From contig MU619430.1 in assembly GCA_025201805.1 (NCBI GenBank), positions 1 through 36,943 on the forward strand: DNA of 36,943 nucleotides, given 5' to 3'. A program made the translations under genes and the position numbers. The notes under the pieces are model-generated. The model was not told where the DNA came from. It worked only from the letters and a program-made list of their open reading frames with translations, and searched no databases. Positions 10,420 to 21,615 of this stretch are shown in pieces. This stretch comes from Parasitella parasitica NRRL 2501 (lineage: Eukaryota > Fungi > Mucoromycota). Numbering within the stretch: the stretch's first letter is position 1; every line of letters begins with the position of its first letter.

Positions 10420-12890
10420 ATGGAAGTCTTGCGAAAAGAGTTTGAAGAGGCTCTGCCTCTTATTGAGAAAGCCATGGACGAGGCTGATTTCATTGCAGTT
10501 GATACAGAGTTCACAGGTTGGAGGAAGCAAATGTCCACTCAGACAAACTGATTTTGTTAATATGTATTCAATCAAAACTAGGCCTCACTACACCAGACGT
10601 ACAGTTCCAAAATACTGACGAAATAGCAACTCGATACTCTAAACTGAAAAGCTGCGTCCAAGAATTCACAATCATTCAATACGGTGTATGTGCCTTCAAA
10701 AAAGATCCGTCCAATGGCAGCTACATTGCCAAACCGTTCAACTTTTACATCTTTGGCGCAGATACCGAGGACGTACAAAGCAGACGTGTATTTTCTGCAA
10801 CACCAAGCAGCTTGGCCTTTTTACGGTCCAATAAGTTTGATTTTAATAAACTGATTGAGCAAGGCATCCCGTTTTACAACTACACCGAAGAAGGGTCAAT
10901 GTTTCAATCGACACAAGGCACCAACGTTGTGAATCGCCGTGCGATGATTAAGGGTCCGTATTCTGGACATGTCTGGAAAATTCCAATGTTGTATACTCAC
11001 GCATAACATATTTAGAATCTGATTTGAACAAGTCTGGAAGAGGTTTCTTGGACTACAACAGAAAGGCAATCGGCAAATGGCTTCAGGGCAACACAGAACA
11101 GCCTCTTGTTGTCCAAGTCAACAGCAACTTTTACAGAAAACTAATCTATCAGGAAGTGCAGGACAGAAAATACAACGGCTTCTTGCAAGCAACGCAGAGA
11201 GACAGCCGACATTTGCAAATTACTCGACTCAAAGAGGAAGACAGGCGCAAGAAAGCTGCCAATGTAAGACATTCTACTCAAGGAACCTATGAATCAAGCG
11301 TGAATAACCTTTCTCTTTTCTCTAGTCGCCTAGGCTGAACTTTCGTGCTGTTATCGAATTGATTCAAAAGGCAAAATGTCCTGTTGTCGCACACAATGCT
11401 GCGTTTGACATTCTCCACACTGTAGACCAGTTTTGGCAGTATTTACCCACAACCATCGAAGAATTTAAATTTGTAGCGAATACCATGTGGCCAAATATTG
11501 TTGATACAAAGTACTTGGCAGAACATCACCCTACACTAAAGGTTAGGAAAGGAAAAAAAAAAATGGTTATTTTTACGTTTGATTGTTCTGATTTGTTGTA
11601 TTGCTGTTTAGGGTTGCTTTGATAGTTCAGTGCTAGGATCCTTATTTAATACTGTAAATGAAGAGCTAAAAGAAGCAGGACAGGATATTGGCAAGTAGAG
11701 GGTTAGATTTGCTATGATTTGGCTGGTTAACGTGCTTGTTTTCTAGTGATGGCAGAAGGGTTCGATAGATATACAGGCTCCGGAAACGATGTAGAGCATG
11801 AAGCTGGCTACGATGCTTACATGACGGGCGTGATTTACTTGGCATTTGTTGCATTTGTTCACGAAAAGAAAGGTAATTCTTATATTTCGTTGTCCTTTTT
11901 CTTTGAATCTCACAAATCTCGACAATAGTAGATAAAGCAAAAACTCTAGTGGGCGAAAAAAGAAAGCGAAACGATTCTGTCAGCAGCGCTAGCACTAGCT
12001 CATCCTCTACAGCATCTACAGCCTCAACATCTGCGTCCAAAACGTTAAAGACAAAGGCAAAACAAAAGGACGAGGTAGTCCAGGAGGAAGCGGAAGCGGA
12101 AGCGGAAGAGGAAGAGGAGGAGGAGGAGGAGGAAGAAGATGAGGAAGAAGAAGAGGAGGAGGAGGAGGAAGAAGAAGGGGAAGTGAGTGCATCAGATTCA
12201 GATGATACAGACAATGAAGTCGCCAGCAAAAATAAGGACAATATATTCATGGATAAAGCTATTTTGCCCTATTACGGTCGTATCTATCTCATGCGTAGCG
12301 ATATTCCATATATTAACCTCAAGGGGGAAGAGGTAATAGAGACGGTGACCTATCCCAACAAATTCTATCTTCGCAATATCCCTGCTGGCATGACAAATGC
12401 AGCTATTGAGCTGTTGTATCCTTCCTTGGCGCCATTTGCGGTATCTTGGACCAACGACAATAATGCATGGATTATTTTGAAAGATGACAGCAAGATACCA
12501 CTGGCCAAGACTGGCTTGCTTGGCCTGAATTTAGTGCAGAGCTTCCTTCCTGGATGTTCACGTCAAAACGAAGGTGTAGGCCATGGCATTACCAAGGAAG
12601 CCAGTCAAATGGAGCTGCTAAGTCATGAGCAATGGCAAGCTGTATACGGGCCTAAAAAAACTGTAAATTACAACAGCACAGTATCTATATTGCAAGCCAA
12701 CAATATCAACAATATGCCTACTACTTTAGCAACAGATGCTACGAGCAATGTGCCAGCTGGCGGCTCGGGATATGATGATCTGGATATCCCTGTGCCTCCT
12801 AGTTTCGCAGCATCTATGAAAAGAAGCAGAAATGCAAGTGAAGATCAAGACGAACAGGATCATTCTTCTAAAACCAGAAAAACACAATAA
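10420..12890 (+). CDS. PARN: Poly(A)-specific ribonuclease PARN-like (CAF1/DEDDh nuclease, R3H, RRM)
   Basis: Introns 10517-10581, 10954-11015, 11264-11325, 11542-11611, 11691-11746 (GC-AG), 11872-11928/11931. Catalytic motifs FIAVDTEFTG, HNAAFD, HEAGYDAYMTG. R3H-like NSNFYRKLIYQEV. RRM-like FAVSWTNDNNAWI. Confidence 0.92.
12081..12178 (+). repeat. GAG/GAA trinucleotide repeat encoding a poly-Glu insert in PARN
   Basis: [33 protein letters not shown] read directly from the sequence. Confidence 0.9.
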
Positions 12891-13054
12891 AAATAGACGT
12901 AAATTTGAGAAAATAAAAACGTTGTTATGCGTGTTTATCCCAGGCACATGAATGTCTCGGTGGATACAATTATCCGCTCGTTTTGTGCTAGAAAAAGCCA
13001 CTTGTGTCACTTTTTTGCTTTTACTATTCTCTTCCTGTCATTAGTTTCATTGCT

Positions 13055-14284
13055 ATGGCTGCGTCCTGCTCTACAGTCAAATGTGCGCTAATAGGTTTAC
13101 TTACTGGATCTGCTTTAACAGTATTAGCCACTGGATTATTTTCCTACCTTACACATGAAAGGTTCACAATCAAGGCAGATGATGAAACTGGACAAGAATC
13201 CAGTAGTGATATGCAACCTGATATCGTTGAGGGTGTCGATGGACTTATTGGAAATACCCCTCTTATGAAAATACGCAGCCTTTCAGAGGCAACAGGCTGT
13301 CTAGTGCTGGGCAAAGCAGAGTTCCTGAACCCAGGAGGCAGCTCTAAAGATAGAGTTGCCCTCAACATGATCAGGACAGCCGAAGCGCAACAACTGATCA
13401 AACCCCACACAGGCAGCACCATCTTCGAAGGCACTGTAGGGTCTACTGGCATCTCGATTGCTTTGATTGCTCGTGCCAAGGGGTATAAAGCCTGGATTGT
13501 CATGCCCGATGACCAAGCTGTTGAAAAGTACCAGCTGCTGGAAAAGTTGGGCGCAACAGTCGAGAAAGTGCGCCCTGTCAGCATCATTGATAAAAAGCAG
13601 TTTGTCAATTTGGCCAGAGAAAGAGCAGCGACATTCCACGATGGAGAGGCCACCGGATATTTTGCAGATCAGTTTGAAAACGAGGCCAATTTCAAGGCAC
13701 ACTACACATTCACAGGGCCCGAGATCTATAGGCAGACTGCAGGCAAGATAGATGCTTTGGTTTTGGGAGCAGGGACTGGCGGTACCTTGTCGGGCATCAC
13801 TTGCTTCTTGAAAGAACACATCAAGGACATGAAGGTCTTTTTAGCGGACCCTCAAGGCTCTGGATTGTACAACAAGGTCAAGTATAATGTCATGTATGCG
13901 CCCACGGAACAAGAAGGCACTCGCAGACGCCATCAAGTAGACACGGTGGTCGAAGGCATTGGCATCAACAGACTGACAAGAAACTTTGACCGTGGAAGAC
14001 ATTTGGTGGATGACGCCTATCGTGTGACGGACGAAGAAGCGATCAAGATGTCCCGCTATCTTGTGCGTGAAGATGGCTTATTTGTGGGGAGCAGCTCTTC
14101 TGTCAACTGTGTAGCAGCGTATAGAGCAGCCAAGAAATTGGGCCCGGGCCATGTCGTTGTCACCTTGCTGAATGATTCTGGACAGCGCCATCTGACTAAA
14201 TTTTGGAGTGATGAATACCTCAAATCTCAAAACATTTACTACGAATTGAAGCCAGAGGAAACCGTGCAAGACTTTGTACATTAG
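13055..14284 (+). CDS. Cysteine-synthase-like PLP enzyme with N-terminal membrane anchor (MCY1/Cys12-type); intronless
   Basis: LIGNTPL, KAEFLNPGGSSKDR (PLP Lys), DQFEN, GAGTGGT, EGIG. Hydrophobic ALIGLLTGSALTVLATGLFSYL. First ATG is at 13055. Confidence 0.9.
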   Translation: MAASCSTVKCALIGLLTGSALTVLATGLFSYLTHERFTIKADDETGQESSSDMQPDIVEGVDGLIGNTPLMKIRSLSEATGCLVLGKAEFLNPGGSSKDRVALNMIRTAEAQQLIKPHTGSTIFEGTVGSTGISIALIARAKGYKAWIVMPDDQAVEKYQLLEKLGATVEKVRPVSIIDKKQFVNLARERAATFHDGEATGYFADQFENEANFKAHYTFTGPEIYRQTAGKIDALVLGAGTGGTLSGITCFLKEHIKDMKVFLADPQGSGLYNKVKYNVMYAPTEQEGTRRRHQVDTVVEGIGINRLTRNFDRGRHLVDDAYRVTDEEAIKMSRYLVREDGLFVGSSSSVNCVAAYRAAKKLGPGHVVVTLLNDSGQRHLTKFWSDEYLKSQNIYYELKPEETVQDFVH

Positions 14285-14484
14285 GCCTGTGTCATTTTTG
14301 TAGATTTATTCCCTAGTTGTTTATTTGCATTCTTCACAATAAAAAGAGCTGCTGAACAATGGTACGATATATGTTAAATGACGTTTGAGCATAACAACAA
14401 TACGCTGAGTTGGAAAAGCCCTGCTACTATACACAGTTGTCAGAACATTCATCATGGAAATTTAATCATCTCTTTCTAATAACC

Positions 14485-16277
14485 ATGAATCGTTTAGCTG
14501 GAGGAGGCGGCTCTTTCCTCACGCCACCTAATGTGCACCGCATTTCAAAAAACGCAAATGACATTTCTACCAGAAGCTACTCATCGCTGCCGCCCTCCTC
14601 GTCGACTGATCCTGGTACTCTAGGTGCCATCATTGGTATAATCGCTGAAAGATTGGGTATTGGAGAGTATGTAAGCCAAATTTGAAAAGTATAATCAGCT
14701 GATTCATATTAACGCATGCTATTCGCAACAGACTAGCCACAGGAGGTCTACAGTTAGCAGTGATTGGAGGTACCGTGTCATGTCTAATCATAATAGCATT
14801 CTTATTGATAGACTTGAGCAGGCGCATTGGCTGGATTTCGCTATTTTGGTGGCTACTTCCTTGAATTTTTGAAAAAAAAGACCATTGCCACGGCAGATTT
14901 TGACAGCAGAGATGAATCCTACAGGTAAGTACAGGAGATGTCAAGTGTGGTGCACACGCTAAAAGAAATTACACGCATAGCTGGATTCTCAATTGGCTGA
15001 GTGAACAGCCATACAGCCATCGAACATCACGATTTTCCGTATCCACGAGTATTCTGCGTGCTGGGCAAAGGCTTCCTGGAGAAGGACTAGATGCCAATCT
15101 ACCACCAATCTACTTTTTGCCTTCTCCAGGCATGCACTTTTTCACTTATAAGAAGCGGTTGGTTTGGATGACAAGAGAGCGGCCAGGCACGTCATCTCCA
15201 GCAGCAGCCGTGGCAAACTCTAATGCTATGCTCGAGCGAATTCAAATCAGCACATTCGGTCAGTCGAGAGAGCTGCTGCAAAACCTAGTGTACGAGGCAC
15301 AAAAGAAATTTATCGACCGAGACAAAAGCCGTACAGTAGTGTTTGCAGCAGATCAGTATGGCGCCTGGAGAAGAACAAGGTCCAGGCCCAAGCGGCCTCT
15401 CAGCACTATCGTGATTCCAAACAATGTCAAGGTAAAGATGGTGGAAGATGCAAAGGACTTTTTGCGTCAGGAGCAGTGGTACAGCGATAGAGGAATACCC
15501 TACCGACGGGGCTATCTGCTGTTTGGCACGCCTGGCTCTGGAAAGACGAGCTTTGTGTATTCTTTGGCAGTAAGTTTGCAAGGATAAAAACCATGTACGT
15601 TGGCTGATAACTAGGACGTACTTCAGGGCGAGCTTGGGCTCAATATCTACGTTGTGAATTTGAGCAACAAAAGCATGACAGACGACACTTTGAATGAACT
15701 GGTGTCAGACACACCTAGTCGATGCATCTTACTACTGGAGGACATTGATGCTGCATTCAATCAAAGGGCGAAAGGAGACGCGACGGGCGCAAATAACATT
15801 ACATTTTCAGGTTTATTGAATGCCATTGACGGTGTTGCCGCACAAGAAGGGCGAATTCTATGCATGACCACAAAGTAAGTGCTACAGTAAAATAAAAAGA
15901 TCCTGGCTATGATATTTATCATGTATATAAGCCATATAGAAAGATTAGACGATGCTCTCATACGTCCGGGACGTATCGATGTTCGTATCCATTTTGGAAA
16001 TGCTACTCGACGACAGGCGCACGAATTATTTACCAAATTCTACCCTAATTTGCCAGAACATTCTGATCTATCATCATTATTTGCTTCGAAAATCCCGGAA
16101 GACTTATTTAGTATGGCACATCTTCAAGGTTTTTTAATGTGCTATAAACAGCGTCCTGCAGAGGCTGTCAGGCATGTGGACGATTGGGTCGCATCACATA
16201 GAAAGGGCAAGGCTGATGGCACTACAGAAACAGGAGAAGATACCTCATCGTCAACGCCAATAGCTAAAGATCTTTGA
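14485..16277 (+). CDS. BCS1: BCS1-family mitochondrial AAA+ ATPase
   Basis: 6 exons with 5 GT-AG introns. TM segment LATGGLQLAVIGGALAG, DSRDESYSWILNWL, WYSDRGIPYRRGYLLFGTPGSGKTS (Walker A), ILLLEDID (Walker B), TFSGLLNAIDGV, TTNHIERLDDALIRPGRID. It may be a paralog rather than the main ortholog. Confidence 0.88.
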
Positions 16278-16399
16278 TACGTTGAATATTTTTTGTCTAT
16301 TATATGATTCCCCCTTTTTTTTTGTATCTACATGTGGTAGATCGGGCAGATCTACCTCCAGAGCTCATATAAAACTATTTTATTTAGTAATGTAAAATT

Positions 16400-17107
16400 T
16401 TATGCATCTGGAAGCTTCTTGAATTCTTCAATGATCTGTGCCGATGAGGAAGACCCAATACGAGTAGCACCTAGTTTGAGAAACTCAAGAACCTGCGCTA
16501 GCGTTTTGATGCCACCAGACGCTTTTACTTCCATAGAATCAGGGACGCTATCTTTCATCAACTTGATATGCTCAAAAGTAGCGCCTGCAGAAGCAAAACC
16601 GGTAGAAGTCTTGACGAAATGCGCACCAGCAGCTTGAGAGATCTCACAAGCCTTGACAATTTCATCTTCACTGAGGTATGCAGTTTCAAAGATGATTTTG
16701 ACACACGCATTAGGGTTCTTGGTCTTTGACATGACGATGACATCCTTGAGTTCTTTCTCCACCTCGCTGTATTTACCTGATTTTAAATGGCCAATATTGA
16801 TGACAACATCCAGTTCAACAGCACCGTCTTCAATAGCTTGCAAGGCCTCGGCGATCTTTGCTTCTGTGGTCGAATTTCCATGGGGAAAAGAGATGACTGT
16901 GCCGACCATGACATCGGTACCTTTGAGCAACTCACTGGCTTGGGAAACATCGCAGGGCTTGACACAGACTGACGCAAGACTATATTTCTTGGCCACCTCA
17001 CAGCCCTTGATGACATCTTGTGTAGTTTGATCTGGACGGAGAATAGCATGGTCAAAGAACTTGCCGAGTTTCTCGGGTGTCAATGTTTCAGTGATAATAA
17101 GAGTCAT
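16400..17107 (-). CDS. deoC: Deoxyribose-phosphate aldolase (DERA), short DeoC type; intronless
   Basis: DHAILRP, SVCVKP, VISFPHG, ELDVV (catalytic Asp), KIIFETAYL, FVKTSTG (Schiff-base Lys), VKASGG, GATRIG. ATG at 17107. Confidence 0.95.
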   Translation of the reverse strand: MTLIITETLTPEKLGKFFDHAILRPDQTTQDVIKGCEVAKKYSLASVCVKPCDVSQASELLKGTDVMVGTVISFPHGNSTTEAKIAEALQAIEDGAVELDVVINIGHLKSGKYSEVEKELKDVIVMSKTKNPNACVKIIFETAYLSEDEIVKACEISQAAGAHFVKTSTGFASAGATFEHIKLMKDSVPDSMEVKASGGIKTLAQVLEFLKLGATRIGSSSSAQIIEEFKKLPDA

Positions 17108-17477
17108 ATTTTCTATAGGAAAAAAAAAAAAAAAAAAAGTGTTCAACTTGGAGAAAGCCCCAGCAGGTGTATTATGGCGATAAAATTTGGCTCTCACGGT
17201 TGCGGTGGTACACACGACGCAATATCGTCACAATAACAGCAGAACGTTGTCTGTTACACACCATCAATGCAGATGTGTATTGCTTTGAATTTGCGCATTG
17301 ATGCAAGTTTACCAAGAGAAATTCTCTTCTCTCCCCCCCCCCCCTAAATTTGATATAGAAAACCTTTACTTTATTTTATTTTACTTTATTTTGTACAATA
17401 ATGCAATCATGTATATATAATAATGAGTTTTACAGTTTTCTGATATAATGTACACGTGGATAATGAGAAAGATGGAT

Positions 17478-18287
<810 letters not shown>

Positions 18288-19730
18288 GTAATTTTGCTTT
18301 GGAAAAAAAAGGAAATCATCGAGAATTGTTCCCCGTTTTATACACAACGAAGTGTCATGTCAAAATGAGGCGATTTCGTTAATCTTGGACGGATCGTATA
18401 TTTGACACATGCAGTCACTGATGTAGATGATTGATATTGACATTGATACTGGACATGGTGTCTAGGTAGCACAGTTAGGACACGGCGTGGCTTCCATGGA
18501 ATGTAAGAAAATAAAATAAGAATACTATGCACATAAGCCATTGCAATAATTTATTATATTTACATAGAATGACGATCGTTCTGACACTAGGGCATTCAAT
18601 TTACCCCTATTTCTTGAATAGCCTTGTCAAGCTTATTCTTTCTATTTTGCAATTTTAGCAATGTTGAGCAGTAAGGAGATAAACATGAGCGGCATTTGAA
18701 AATGAAAACTGCTGAAAATGGATGTAGAATGGATCAAAAAACGGAAATCAAGATTACTCAAGAAACTTAGTAGTAAACACAAGTTACTAGTTAGAAATTT
18801 TTTGTTTTAAAAACAATTCTGCATTTAATGATATACATTTGAAGCATATGTAATTTCTACTTGCAGAGAAAAAATATGATTACAATTTGAGCGTTTTTGG
18901 GCCCAAAGTTGTATTATTTGAAGAAAAAAGGAAACACATTTTCTACCCCAAACATGCTCCAAAGTAGCACCTATCAATCAAGGTATTATATGTTACTAAA
19001 GCATTACTGTGTGGGGAGAAATCGATGGTTTTGGTCGAAATCTGGGAAATTTTCAAATCCAGGGTCGACTGATGGCAAGGCAGAATTGCGGAATCTGGAG
19101 GACCATGTTCTGCGATATGCTAAATTTGTTGTTTCCCTATCAAAATTTAACATTTTGTAAATCTGAAATACTTATTGAGTAGCTGTGATTTAGCACTATA
19201 CGATGGTGTGCAGCAAGCCTGTATTTGCCTTTTTTGATGCCTCTTAAAAACCAGGCAAAAAAAGCTCGAAAAAATAAAAAATGCTGAAAATGCACTACAT
19301 GATAGAAAATTAAGATTCAAGTATAGTTTGGTAATTTGAAAAATCAGATTAGCTTATTACTCTGTTGAGATATTGTCCGTTAAAGGTCTGAATGTAGACC
19401 CTGAAAATCAAAGCCAGATCTCAAAAGCACCGAGACTTGGAAGCCTAGCATATAAAATCAGGCATAAATGATGTTTACTCTTAGAGATAAATCTTTTGCA
19501 ATGCTTTGAACACCCTCTCTAAGCATCATTTCTGCTTGGTTGGATGCAAGCAAGCCCAGTTTGCACCTTGGCATCAGCAGTAAATTTGCTTGTGCAATGC
19601 GGTCCGGAGTCGAATGGATTCTACACCCGTCGTTTCAGCCATCATAAAAATCCATTTGACCCAGGGCAAACAATTGATGGAAATAAACACCTTTTTATAT
19701 AAATATACATATATATATATTATCTCCAGA

Positions 19731-21341
19731 ATGTTGAGGTCTAGCAGAGATCAGCTTTTGAAAGCTAATCGTCAATTACTGCTGGTACCGCCCAAATGCA
19801 GCAGATTTCGACCTGTCGCTGCTCGTTTACAGCATACCAAAGCCCCCAGCAGCAACGGTGAGGAACGACCTGGACTTTTCTCATCCTTCTTTTCACCCAC
19901 AGCCGAAGAGCAAGCAGAAGAGAAGGCACGGCGCCATTACCCTCGCCTAACAGCCTACGACACTGCCAAATGCAAATCATCGCCTACTTGCAATAAGATG
20001 CTTGTCCGCGATTTCATAGACGACTCGCTGTATAACCCCAACTATGGCTATTTCTCGAAGCAGGCAGTTATCTTTTCGCCTGAAACTGACTTTGACTTTA
20101 ACCGCATGCGAGACCATTTGGAGTTTATGAATGTCCTGGGCCAATTGTACAAAGATATAGAGGGAGAGGCTGACGAAGTAGATGAAGTAGCTAGACAAGT
20201 GTGGCACACACCAACCGAATTATTCAAGGTATAATTCCAGCTCACTTTTGACGTTTTCGTACTGACATGTATGATGGATGAATATAGCCCTGGTATGGCT
20301 ATGCAATTGCAAAGTATCTGGTGTCCGAATACAAGCTAAACCTGTTTCCGCACAAAGATTTGATTATCTACGAAATGGGTGCTGGCAACGGCACATTGAT
20401 GATGAACATCCTGGATTACATCCAGCAGTACGAGCCGGCCGTATACAAAAGGACACAGTACAATATCATTGAGATTTCTGGGAAGCTTGCAGAGCGACAG
20501 TCGGAGCGACAGGACGTCAGGGACGCCAAGGACCAGCATAAATGCGTAACGATCATCAACAAGAGCATTTTTGACTGGGATATCCATGTTCCAGACCAGT
20601 GTTTCTTTTTGGGCATGGAAGTCATTGTAAAGTGCACTGGGTATATATATATATATGTACCACACATTTATTGACGCTTTTTTTTTTTGTTGCTAGGACA
20701 ATTTCGCTCACGACCTGATCCGTTATGATCTCGATACATTGAAGCCATACCAAGCGCTGGTCAGCACAGATGCGAAAGGAGAGTATACTGAAGTATACGA
20801 ACCAGTAGGCAGTGACGCTTTGATCAACCGATATCTCACCATGAGAGACCAGACTAGATACAGATCGCCCGTGTTGTCAAAGCACTTGTGGCTCAAATGC
20901 CTGCAGTCGTTACCATTAGCCCCCAACATGACTTCAGCAGAGTTTATTCCCACCAAGCTTTTCATGTTGCTCGAAACCCTAAAGACGCACTTTCCCCAGC
21001 ACCGCTTAGTGCTGTCTGATTTCTCGTCGCTGCCTGACTCTGTGGAGGGTGTGGATGCGCCTGTAGTTCAAACACGGTACAGAGGTACAATGGTGCCTTG
21101 CTCGACATACATGGTTCAGCCAGGCTGGTTCGATATCTTTTTCCCGACCAATTTCGAACTGCTGCGAGATCTGTATCTGCTGGTGTGTCGCGGATCGAGG
21201 GCTGGCAACGACAAAACGGTCAAAGTACTGACGCACAGAGAGTTCTGCGAGCGGTACGGCGATGTTGAAAGAACAACTACAAGAAGCGGCGAAAACCCAA
21301 TGCTGATGTACTATGAAAACATGAAGATGATCATCACTTGA
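19731..21341 (+). CDS. NDUFAF7: Mitochondrial protein arginine methyltransferase NDUFAF7/MidA family (DUF185)
   Basis: Exons 19731-20228, 20288-20626, 20697-21341. Arg/Leu-rich presequence MLRSSRDQLLKANRQLL. DFIDDSLYNPNYGYF, WHTPTELFKPWYG, SAM motif I EMGAGNGTL, DNFAHD, FDIFFPTNF. Confidence 0.9.
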
Positions 21342-21615
21342 GAAAAGAATAAACTGTGCATTAACGTACACAGACACACATTTAGACAGCACACGCGCAC
21401 GTTCCTTTTTCTATCGAATTCATGTGAATTTCTCGAGCACGTTCAGCTTGCTTAAAACGGACAAAAAAGATGATGTCCTTAATCAAGCCTTGTGCAACTC
21501 GAAGCTGATTTAAACTATTGTGTATAATATCCCCTTTCTCTTTTATTTTTTTGTTTCTCGTTTCTTCCTCTTTTTCTGCAACAATCTTGCTGCGCTCAAA
21601 ACAGTCAATCAATCG

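Noticed and set aside
11666-12250. 194-aa minus-strand ORF with poly-Ser
   Set aside because: Antisense shadow of the PARN GAG/GAA repeat; it crosses PARN introns and has no independent motifs.
13144-13819. Two ~170-aa antisense ORFs over the cysteine-synthase-like gene
   Set aside because: Typical shadow ORFs of a GC-richer CDS with no recognisable domains.
17108-17215. N-terminal extension of DERA in the ORF track, or a 5' UTR intron
   Set aside because: The extension starts at GTG and runs through a poly-T tract (FFFFFF). The candidate donor is weak, so neither can be supported without RNA data.
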